This document shows positions 29,748 to 38,157 of a DNA stretch of 64,000 nucleotides, piece by piece. Position 1 is the stretch's first letter. Each line of letters starts with the position of its first letter. The notes beneath the pieces are model-generated. The model made no database searches and was not told where the DNA came from. It was given only the letters and a program-made list of their open reading frames with translations. Location: positions 107,837 through 171,836 of the IMG/VR virus record IMGVR_UViG_3300033233_000004; one strand, given 5' to 3'. The DNA is from a virus. Both the position numbers and the translations under genes were made by a program.

Positions 29748-29764
29748 AGAATCTCCTGTTTACG

Positions 29765-29855
29765 CGGTAAGTGACGGATTCGAACCCTCAAAACATCTTT
29801 CGACGTTCAACCAATTTTCAAGATTGGGCCTCGCACCAATGAGGTCAGACTTACC
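29765..29855 (-). tRNA. tRNA-Ser(UGA)
   Basis: Loop CT-TGA-AA, long variable arm. Confidence 0.8.
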
Positions 29856-30263
29856 AAAACTAACCTATTTTGAATACTATCTATAATTTGAACATTTGTG
29901 CAAGGCAAAACAGACACAAATACCCAACCGTTATCTGCAAGCCGTTGTCATTCGTAGCGGCTCACTGCCATCACCTAATTTCCGTTGTGGCACGACCTAT
30001 CCGCTTTTTTCTGTCAAGCCAAATTCGTTGTTTCCGACAATGAAAAACTCATGCTCTCTGTCATCAATGAGATAATCATCGTCCTGTAATTCCGGTTTGT
30101 TCTTGGTGACAAATACTACTCCGTTGGGTTGTAATGCTAACCATACCTTTATCTTCATGTCTTTCGCTCCTTTTCAAAATCTAAACAGGTGAGGTTTTGA
30201 ATCTCTGGTTCATCTGCTGATACTACAGATGCGTCTTCTTCTCTTTAGACGATACCTGTTGTG

Positions 30264-30335
30264 AGCCGCAAATGTGAATCGAACACACACCACCTGACAT
30301 ACCAAGTCAGTGCACTACCATTATGCTACTGCGGC
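30264..30335 (-). tRNA. tRNA-Thr(GGU)
   Basis: Loop TT-GGT-AT. Confidence 0.85.
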
Positions 30336-30349
30336 ATTACTTATTATTA

Positions 30350-30421
30350 GGCCAACGACTTGACTTGAACAAGCATCTCTCGATTACGAAACGAGAATTC
30401 TACCACTTAAACTACGCTGGC
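30350..30421 (-). tRNA. tRNA-Thr(CGU)
   Basis: Loop TT-CGT-AA. Confidence 0.78.
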
Positions 30422-30625
30422 GTTTCTTTCTTCCACATAATGGTAGATAATCTCACCAAATGGAACGACAGTGACCTTTGACTTCATTTGAGAAGTTTGA
30501 GGAGTCTTTGGATGTCCAAAAAAAGCACTATAAATCCAAGCTCCAATTAACATTGATATAAGGTTAAGTCCCATGATGTAATGTACATAATCGTAAATCA
30601 AAAGTCAAGGTAAATCTGAACTATT

Positions 30626-30700
30626 TGGAGCCACAAATCCGATTCGAACGGATGCCATTATCTTACAGGGATAATATACTTCCAACTATACTATTGTGGC
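30626..30700 (-). tRNA. tRNA-Thr(UGU), CCA encoded, C33
   Basis: Loop CC-TGT-AA. Confidence 0.8.
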
Positions 30701-30704
30701 ATTG

Positions 30705-30776
30705 AGACCAGAGTGGAATTCGAATCCACATACGTAGTTTTGCGGACTACTACCTAAGCCCTTCGGTCATCTGGTC
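30705..30776 (-). tRNA. tRNA-Cys(GCA), C33
   Basis: Loop CC-GCA-AA, U73. Confidence 0.82.
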
Positions 30777-30987
30777 AATGTCTAATTAAACGTTGCTACT
30801 TCAACAACCAATTGGGATTTCTGTCATAGTTGTTGCGAGCATAAAGTATGACAGAAATAACATTCGCCTTTTGGAAACTTTGGTAAAACTTTCATATGCT
30901 CAATTTCAATCTCAAAGAATGCTTCCAACTCTTCATTTGATTTAAGATGGAATTTCTTTTTATTTCATCAATGAATCTACCCATGTG

Positions 30988-31059
30988 CTGCGGACGAATG
31001 AATCGAACATTCATGATAGGCTTCAGAGACCTACATCTTATCCATTAGATGAATCCGCA
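30988..31059 (-). tRNA. tRNA-Gln(CUG)
   Basis: Loop CT-CTG-AA. Confidence 0.85.
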
Positions 31060-31060
31060 A

Positions 31061-31366
31061 TTATTTCTTTTTATCAGTTTTCTCACGAGTACGAAGCTCA
31101 TTAAATAGAGCTACAACAGCGTCCGCCGATTTCAAATCCTTCTTGCGTTCTATTGCTCCTACTACAGCGTAAGGATAAAAACTTCGCCAAGTATCTGTAC
31201 TCGCAAAGTACGTGATACTGAATCTATGTTCCCAATTTTGTAATGTAACTACAAGATGGGGTGTACCATTGAGTGAAAATCTGAATTCCGCACCTTCAAT
31301 TTTTTCACCCAACTCTTTAATCTTGGCTTCAATAACTGCTGAGAATTTGGTTATTCTGTTTCCCAT
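31061..31366 (-). CDS. Hypothetical protein
   Basis: Likely start MGNRIT after GAGG RBS. Confidence 0.6.
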   Translation of the reverse strand: MGNRITKFSAVIEAKIKELGEKIEGAEFRFSLNGTPHLVVTLQNWEHRFSITYFASTDTWRSFYPYAVVGAIERKKDLKSADAVVALFNELRTREKTDKKK

Positions 31367-31387
31367 ATTAGGTTCCTCAATCTGTTG

Positions 31388-31462
31388 TGGCTCCGACAGC
31401 AAGAGTCGAACTTGCAACTCCACGGTTAACAGCCGTGTACTCTGCCATTGAGTTATGTCGGA
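31388..31462 (-). tRNA. tRNA-Asn(GUU), CCA encoded
   Basis: Loop CT-GTT-AA. Confidence 0.92.
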
Positions 31463-31920
31463 ATAAAATCTGATGTTCTATTTCCCGCCAAGAGTAGGAT
31501 AGGTAACTCTAACAAGTGTTACTCTCACCCGCATACTCGGTGCCTATCTATGTGTATGCGACCCAAGGTAACACAGCGTACATAGATACATCAGAAAGCT
31601 TCAAATTCTCCTATATAACTAATACCATATTCCAAAATAGGAAAATCAGAAGTCATGATTTCATCTTCCATACGAAAAGCTTCTATAACAGCTTCTTCTT
31701 TTGTCTGAAATACTTTAGAAGTTCCAAAATAACTTCTCAAAGTATCTTTTCTTTCTTGAGAACCTTCTGGATAATAATCTATATTCTCATTAGATCGTCA
31801 GAGGTCTACTCAAAGTGTCTTCTCGACACATCCAGTATCAACAATTCAAAGTAGCGAACTTCAAATTTACACTGGTCTTAGTTTTCACCAACGATTGATA
31901 CCTTATCACGTCCCAAAATA

Positions 31921-32018
31921 GTTCTTTTGACTGGATTCGAACCAGTAATCATTCGCTTCTTGTGCACATGGGCGAATACGGGTATTCCGCTCGGCTGCCA
32001 GTTTCGACACAAAAGAAC
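31921..32018 (-). ncRNA. Non-canonical tRNA-like RNA
   Basis: Perfect acceptor and T arm, D loop; tiny anticodon arm and long extra arm. Confidence 0.55.
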
Positions 32019-32207
32019 ACGATATATCTCCTTTTTTTATGAACCAATAGAATAACCACGCTCTTTTAAAGCAGCAAGTATCTTTTTTGCTTCAGAAATA
32101 GCTGCTTCTTTTGTATAACTTTCGTCGCTTATTGAACGAAATCCATACAGAATAGTTGCGATGTCTTCAACAAATAATTTTTCCATAAAAGTATCCTTCT
32201 TTCTTTG

Positions 32208-32292
32208 TGTATCAGGATGGATTCGAACCACCAAGGATTTCTCCTACTTGTGGGTTACAGCCACATGCCTTACCAATTGAGGCTACAGATAC
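32208..32292 (-). tRNA. tRNA-Tyr(GUA)
   Basis: Loop CT-GTA-AC, long variable arm. Confidence 0.85.
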
Positions 32293-32321
32293 AAACTTGT
32301 AATGGACTCCCAAATTTAATG

Positions 32322-32392
32322 CGGAGCCAGAGAGAATCGAACTCTCAATCCTTGCGTGACAGGCAAGCAGTTTGCCATTAACTTATGACTCC
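32322..32392 (-). tRNA. tRNA-Asp(GUC)
   Basis: Loop CT-GTC-AC; first tRNA after promoter at ~32428-32457. Confidence 0.88.
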
Positions 32393-32711
32393 AAATATTA
32401 ACATTAGAATCTCCCTTATACTTCAACAATATACACACTGAAAACGTAAAAGTCAAGAGAAATCTGAACTATTTTTTAAAGTGACTGGTGGAACAGATGT
32501 GTAATTATCAGTCACTTCGGGCAGCTTCTCCCCAATGACCAATAAGGTAATTAGGTGAGTTTTTTAGTTGAAAAGCAATAATTAGGTGTGCGGGTTATGC
32601 CCATGGTGGAATGTATCCACACCGATTCTTGTTTTGTGATATGTGATGCTGCTTTCATGTATAATAGTTAGTAGTAATATTTTCTTTTTATAGAGGATTT
32701 GGAAGATTTTT

Positions 32712-33170
32712 TTAGTCTTTCAGGACACCTATAAATTTGGGGTTTTTGAGCAGTTCATTCATCAATTCTACAACAGGTTCCCGTTCTAATTCTCCATTAC
32801 CAGTACCCAATACTGGTACATATACCGATGTATTAGAAAACTCATTAGCATGCTCCTCAAGCCACATCAAGGATTCAGTAATGATGAATATATCCGAAGG
32901 TTGTTTCCATGACAACTGTGGTTTCTTCTTATTGAGACCTTTTGATGGAACACAAATCAGTCGATATTCTTTGAAATATTGATGTGGTTGATATGCCTGA
33001 CAGAAGGCACCATATATAATTGGAAGTTCTGGAAACATCTGTGCAGCATCTCGTGCCAAACCTCGACCCATAACATTCTCGCCAGAATTTTTCCACCCTG
33101 CATTCGTCGGAATAACGATTACTCTTCCAATACTGTGAAACTGCCAAATATTACCAGTAACCCATTGCAT
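32712..33170 (-). CDS. Macro-domain-like (ADP-ribose processing) protein
   Basis: GNIW, IPTN, VMGRGLA, PVLGTGNG. Confidence 0.75.
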   Translation of the reverse strand: MQWVTGNIWQFHSIGRVIVIPTNAGWKNSGENVMGRGLARDAAQMFPELPIIYGAFCQAYQPHQYFKEYRLICVPSKGLNKKKPQLSWKQPSDIFIITESLMWLEEHANEFSNTSVYVPVLGTGNGELEREPVVELMNELLKNPKFIGVLKD

Positions 33171-33175
33171 ACAAA

Positions 33176-33568
33176 TTATTCCTCTTTAGATTCTTCTGAT
33201 GGTGGAACATGCGGCTTAACAATCACACCTTTATCAGATACTTCTATTTCGCCAAGTTCATCCTCTTCTTCAACCAATTCGAATTGTTCACAACCACATT
33301 CACACGACAATGGAGTATTATGGACTTTATTAAGAAGCTGAATTAACATATCTTCAACAGCATGCTTACTACCAAATGCTGCTTTGAAGTTGAAAACATT
33401 TCCTTTCTCATCAGCAACAGCAACTCCAATATGAGCATGAACAAGTCTGCCAGCATCATCTGCATTTATTACTTCCTGTAATTTGTTGATAGTACTTTCT
33501 ATCTCTTCACGTGCAGTTTCCATTGCTTTTTCAAACTCTGGATTGGGTTGTAATATTTCGTCGCTCAT
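33176..33568 (-). CDS. Hypothetical acidic protein
   Basis: 130 aa ORF in run. Confidence 0.6.
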   Translation of the reverse strand: MSDEILQPNPEFEKAMETAREEIESTINKLQEVINADDAGRLVHAHIGVAVADEKGNVFNFKAAFGSKHAVEDMLIQLLNKVHNTPLSCECGCEQFELVEEEDELGEIEVSDKGVIVKPHVPPSEESKEE

Positions 33569-33577
33569 AGTATCAAT

Positions 33578-33835
33578 TCAGGATGGTTTTTTTGGTAGTT
33601 CAATAGTTTGTTTTGGTTTTGTTCGTGGGTCTGGCTTTCCACCGGAGAATGCGCCGCCATTGACAAGATGAAACCATCCATTAATAGGTTTCAATTTCAT
33701 CATACATTCTGGACATACACAACCGTCCCATATCAGTTCCCACCCAAGAGGACAAAATATACCAGAAGCCTGTATGTAACAATAATCACATGTCCACACA
33801 GGTAACGATGCCGACAAATTCTCCTTTATGCCCAT
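33578..33835 (-). CDS. Small zinc-finger protein
   Basis: CDYC...CPEC. Confidence 0.5.
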   Translation of the reverse strand: MGIKENLSASLPVWTCDYCYIQASGIFCPLGWELIWDGCVCPECMMKLKPINGWFHLVNGGAFSGGKPDPRTKPKQTIELPKKPS

Positions 33836-34422
33836 GGATTTTCTTTCACTGGATAATCTTTGAAGTCATCAAACAACGACACACCTTCGATTAACCGCGC
33901 AATAGCCTCTGCTTCCCAAATTGCCCCGTTAAGTGCGTAATGCGGTGTTGGCTCATTAGGAATACCAAGCTTCTCATAGATAAACGATGCTGACATATCC
34001 TTGGGATACCAGAAACCTTTCCACTGACGATAATGCGTATGCGCAACTGTATGCAGGTCATATACTCGATGCGTGAATATATTCAAAGTCTTCTTGAGAC
34101 CACAACGTTCCATTTCTTGTGTGATAAAATCAAGGTCAAACTTCGAATTATGTCCAGCCAGAACAGGTGATGTATTTTGCTCCCGGCACCACGCAAAAAA
34201 ATTAGATAATACAACTACTATTGGGTCTGGTAACGCTTTCAAGGATTCTACTGTCATTCCATTGACATCTAAGGCACCTTGTGTAATCTCAACATTGGCA
34301 CTTGGACGACCTTCTCCATAAAAATACTGTGTTGGGTCATCATAATTAACAGCACCTATACTAATAATACCGTGAAGCCACGGTTTCAAACCTGTTGTCT
34401 CGACATCAACTACAATAGGCAT
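33826..34422 (-). CDS. DEDDh 3'-5' exonuclease (DnaQ-like)
   Basis: VDVETTG, GHNSKFD, PHYALNGA; likely start MPIVVD. Confidence 0.88.
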   Translation of the reverse strand: MPIVVDVETTGLKPWLHGIISIGAVNYDDPTQYFYGEGRPSANVEITQGALDVNGMTVESLKALPDPIVVVLSNFFAWCREQNTSPVLAGHNSKFDLDFITQEMERCGLKKTLNIFTHRVYDLHTVAHTHYRQWKGFWYPKDMSASFIYEKLGIPNEPTPHYALNGAIWEAEAIARLIEGVSLFDDFKDYPVKENPWA

Positions 34423-34430
34423 GTGATGCC

Positions 34431-35021
34431 TCACTCTGTCGTATTTGAATTGTGTTCGCCACTTTGTTGTTGCTCTCCATTTGTAGTGCCGCAAGCAGCC
34501 ATCTTGCGCTCGTAGTAGTGGAGAGACTTATTAATCTTACGAATAGCCGTCTCTGCTCTCTTTGCTTTTGTGAACCATCGTTTCTTTCGGTCATACAACT
34601 GGATGATCTTAGCTTCGTCGGTTCTTTCTTTCGGTTTTGGCTCTTGTCGGAATCGCAAAAAGAAGCCACGCACATACTCAACATTGAACGTCTCATCCTT
34701 TGCCATGTCACCATGCTTCAGTCCACGGCAATGACACAACTCATGCAAGAGCGTTCTCGCTATGTTCATTGCCGGGTCATCATCTTTCCGGCACGAGTGA
34801 ACTCGGTCTGCATCCTTCGATATTTTGAGAACAACCACCCCACTATTATAATAGGCATAACCGCCACAAAAGCCATCCCGCACTCGTCGGTAAATACAGG
34901 TGATGCTAACCCGCTCCGGCTTCGTGTGAGTTCTCCAATATTCTTTCATCACGGTGGAGACGATACGCCGGATGTCCCTGTTCTGATACTTTGTCTTATT
35001 GTAAATTGCGATTCGGCTCAT
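34431..35021 (-). CDS. Zincin/SprT-like metalloprotease
   Basis: TLLHELCH...HG; AGGAG RBS before MSRIAI. Confidence 0.65.
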   Translation of the reverse strand: MSRIAIYNKTKYQNRDIRRIVSTVMKEYWRTHTKPERVSITCIYRRVRDGFCGGYAYYNSGVVVLKISKDADRVHSCRKDDDPAMNIARTLLHELCHCRGLKHGDMAKDETFNVEYVRGFFLRFRQEPKPKERTDEAKIIQLYDRKKRWFTKAKRAETAIRKINKSLHYYERKMAACGTTNGEQQQSGEHNSNTTE

Positions 35022-35273
35022 TGCTTGGCTCTCCTTTCTTGGCTCGGACACCGTGTCCTTGCATACTACAATATAACACATGACATTTTTGTCGTTCACT
35101 CGGTTGCGATTCTGTTCTGTGTTCGCAAGTCAACACGGTCTAAGTCATTACGCATCGGTCAATAATTCTGTCAAGAGCGTTTCCCGAATTGCGCTCGATC
35201 TCGTTTGGAAGTTGCCGATTGCCGCTCACGCTCACAAGAAAATTTATTTTCAAGAGCCTGATTCCTGTTCCGA

Positions 35274-35507
35274 CTGTCATCTCATACACACGTGCGAGTT
35301 GCAACGGGGAATCATGAATCAAATCAGAATCTCAGCAAACTGTCATCTCATACACACGTGCGAGTTGCAACATCTGACCGAGCCGTAAGATGTTGATCGC
35401 AGCATTCCTGTCATCTCATACACACGTGCGAGTTGCAACACGAACACTCTCTTCTATGAGGATGATTACCACAAGCTGTCATCTCATACACACGTGCGAG
35501 TTGCAAC
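35274..35507. CRISPR. CRISPR mini-array: 4 identical 32-nt repeats, 3 spacers (34, 36, 36 nt)
   Basis: CTGTCATCTCATACACACGTGCGAGTTGCAAC at 35274, 35340, 35408, 35476. Confidence 0.95.
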
Positions 35508-35533
35508 CACTATACAAATCTGTCAACACCAGT

Positions 35534-36814
35534 CTATACAATCTGTATAGCTTCCGCTAACCCAAACTTTTGAGACCCTTCTGACTCGATACACCCGTCA
35601 GTCGGTGAGACGAACGTCTCTTTACAGGCTTGCGCCTGTTGGCTCTGACCGAGCCTTAAGATGTTAATAGCAGCATTCAAATCTCGATTTATTTCAAGCC
35701 CACATTCGCATGTATATATTCGTTCCGCTAACGTCTTCTTTTGCACACGACCACACTGTGAACATGTACTTGTTGTTCCTGCTGCTTTTACTTTCACAAA
35801 GACCCTACCAGCTTCTTCCGCTTTGTAGGCAATCTGATTCAAAAACTGTGACCAACCAGCATCAGCAATAGACTTATTCAATCCGTTCGGTAAACTTGAT
35901 TTTGGCTTACATCGCTTAGACATTGTTTTTACGTTCAAATCTTCAACAGCAATCAACCCATACTGATTTACAAGCGTTCGAGACAATTTATGGTGAAAAT
36001 CTGCTCGTTGTCTACGAATCTTGGTATGTAAAGCAACAACTCGTTTTTTAGCGTTTTGACGACGATTAGAGCCTTTGGCCTTGCGACTCAAACTTTGTTG
36101 TGCTTCGGTTAGCGCAACCGCCGCCTTACGATACCAACGAGGGTTTTCTATTGCCTGTCCAGTAGATAACATAGCAAAGGTGTTCAAACCAACATCAATA
36201 CCGACTTGTTTGTCGGTATTAGGTAATCTTTGACAAGGTACATTATTACAAGAAAATACAACATACCACTCATTTGCTTCTCGTTTGATTATTGTAGTCT
36301 TGATTGTCCCAAGAATACTGCGGTCTATCTTGACACGAACAAGACCAATGTTCAAGAATCTTACAACGAATCTACCACTTGGGAGCTTCACAAGTTTACA
36401 ACCAGAACCGTATGTTGGATACACAAGACTATCCCATCTATCTCGTCCTTTGAATCGAGGAAAACCTGCGGCTTTACCTGCACCTACTTGTACACGTTTC
36501 TCGAATGCCTTGTAAGCCTTATGTAGACGGTCTAATACCGCATTACAAGTTTGTGCTGGTACTTGACCAAGACCAGCAGGGTCAGAAATACGGGCTTCTG
36601 GATAAAATCTCATCTGGTCATACGCAGTAAGCGATGATACAGAAGACGTATATTTCTTTTTGTTCTCATTCCAAAACTTGGGTGTAGACTTGTACTGATG
36701 TATACGCTGTTCCAACGCAGCATTATACAGAGACCGAGTTGCATTCAATTGTAACTCAAGTTTCTGAATTTGAACCTTGTTAGGATACAAACGATATTTA
36801 AATGATTTACGCAT
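35534..36814 (-). CDS. tnpB: TnpB-like RNA-guided RuvC nuclease, CRISPR-adjacent (candidate miniature type V effector)
   Basis: KYRLYP HTH start, GFPRFK, RuvC-I GIDVG, RuvC-II VEDL, Zn ribbon CSQC/CEC, RuvC-III RDLNAAINI; 26 nt from the array. Confidence 0.92.
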   Translation of the reverse strand: MRKSFKYRLYPNKVQIQKLELQLNATRSLYNAALEQRIHQYKSTPKFWNENKKKYTSSVSSLTAYDQMRFYPEARISDPAGLGQVPAQTCNAVLDRLHKAYKAFEKRVQVGAGKAAGFPRFKGRDRWDSLVYPTYGSGCKLVKLPSGRFVVRFLNIGLVRVKIDRSILGTIKTTIIKREANEWYVVFSCNNVPCQRLPNTDKQVGIDVGLNTFAMLSTGQAIENPRWYRKAAVALTEAQQSLSRKAKGSNRRQNAKKRVVALHTKIRRQRADFHHKLSRTLVNQYGLIAVEDLNVKTMSKRCKPKSSLPNGLNKSIADAGWSQFLNQIAYKAEEAGRVFVKVKAAGTTSTCSQCGRVQKKTLAERIYTCECGLEINRDLNAAINILRLGQSQQAQACKETFVSPTDGCIESEGSQKFGLAEAIQIV

Positions 36815-36824
36815 AGTACAAGTC

Positions 36825-37250
36825 CTAAATCATAAGTACGTCTATACTGACTTGATACGCCAGTACTGTATGTTGATTGTAATATTGTTTCGTGAATTTG
36901 GCAATCTTAATAATATCTTCTCTGGAACAACTAATACGCACTGGTATCATTGGCTCAACAATAAGAGTTTTTGTTTGTGGATGTATCCAAGTACCTTTGG
37001 CTGTTTTGAGTAATGTCATTCCTTCTGAAAGTGAATAAACGAAATCATCCCATTGTTGATGGTAAGAAACTGAAATTTCATTACCATCCTTATCATTTGC
37101 TGGTACCAAAATCTCCCACATCATTACAGGAATAGATGGCAATTCAAAAAAAGCACGCGCATGACGAATACGATCTTGTTCTGCAAAAAGAGTATGCACT
37201 AACAAACTGCCATTACTAAGCCGTTGTTTTAAACATTTAAAACTACTCAT
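36825..37250 (-). CDS. Hypothetical phage protein
   Basis: WEILVP...GTW...EPMIPVRI. Confidence 0.65.
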   Translation of the reverse strand: MSSFKCLKQRLSNGSLLVHTLFAEQDRIRHARAFFELPSIPVMMWEILVPANDKDGNEISVSYHQQWDDFVYSLSEGMTLLKTAKGTWIHPQTKTLIVEPMIPVRISCSREDIIKIAKFTKQYYNQHTVLAYQVSIDVLMI

Positions 37251-37315
37251 TCTTCCTCGCCTTCAGTATTAAATTCATTCACAACTGACCAACACCCGAT
37301 ACCACATTTTGATAT

Positions 37316-38157
37316 CTATTGGTTTATCCAATCATGAATAGCAATACCGACCAATGTCACCGGCCCACCAATTACCGAAACCGCCACACTATAGACCACA
37401 TTTATTTTATGCTCCCTATCTTGAATTTCGGGATGGTATGTGCGGTTTATTTCAGCATCATAATAACGAACCATCGGACGAAGTGCCAATAAGACACAAA
37501 CAATCCACAAACAAGCTATGGGATGCTTTAAAAGGAATCGTGTCATTTGTTTACTGCCACCTTTCTTTGTTTATTTTTGATATAAGTAATTTTAATATAC
37601 ACAAATAAAAAATCAAAGTCAAGTTCTTGGTACTTTTTCTTTATCGAGAAACGAAATCCTCATAGAAGGATAAGAATGACCATCTACAACCTTTAAGTTT
37701 TGCTCAATAATGTAGTTTCGATAACCCGTATTAAATAACAGATTATGTAATCGTTGTAATTCTCCATCAGGAATCAATTGACATTGAACATACATCTCAT
37801 GATGACAAGAACATTCAGTATTGAAGCCATTATCCCGTAGAAGCTTTACTTCTGGACGAATGTATTCCTCTATAACTTCTTCCAACCATGTCATAGTTTC
37901 ACTGCCATGTAAATAAACAGAATGAGATAAACAATCTGGACGACATAGCTCTGAACAGTACTATATTTCTTATAATACTCTGGTTGCATCATTTTTTTCA
38001 ACTGTTTGGAAAGAACTGAATTAATGATATATAATACAACCACGCTTACAGCAGCGTAACGCAGATTAGGAACATACAACAGAATATAACCAAGCGTTAA
38101 AATAGTCAAAGCAAATATTGGCAGAACGATACAAATAGCAAACAAAGTTCCTTTCAA
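37316..38157 (-). CDS. Three small ORFs (37316-37546 and 37891-38157 membrane proteins; 37619-37894 with GFNTECSCH)
   Basis: Co-oriented short ORFs with hydrophobic segments. Confidence 0.55.

Noticed and set aside
15412-32234. Many short ORFs overlapping tRNAs or tmRNA (e.g. 15412-15837, 20127-20447, 22124-22456, 27727-28104)
   Set aside because: Spurious frames through RNA genes.
15500-32392. Stop-codon reassignment or suppressor tRNA
   Set aside because: No CUA, UUA or UCA anticodon was found, and long genes are intact in code 11.
35080-35388. Plus-strand 102-aa ORF with repeated CHLIHTCELQ
   Set aside because: Translation of the CRISPR repeats.
35306-35475. Self-targets for spacers 1 and 3
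   Set aside because: Only a 13-nt chance-level match for spacer 3 near 37656 was noticed by eye; no real protospacer was seen in the window.
35534-36814. Intact IS200/IS605 transposon
   Set aside because: No tnpA and no room for a left end; the gene abuts the upstream phage ORF.
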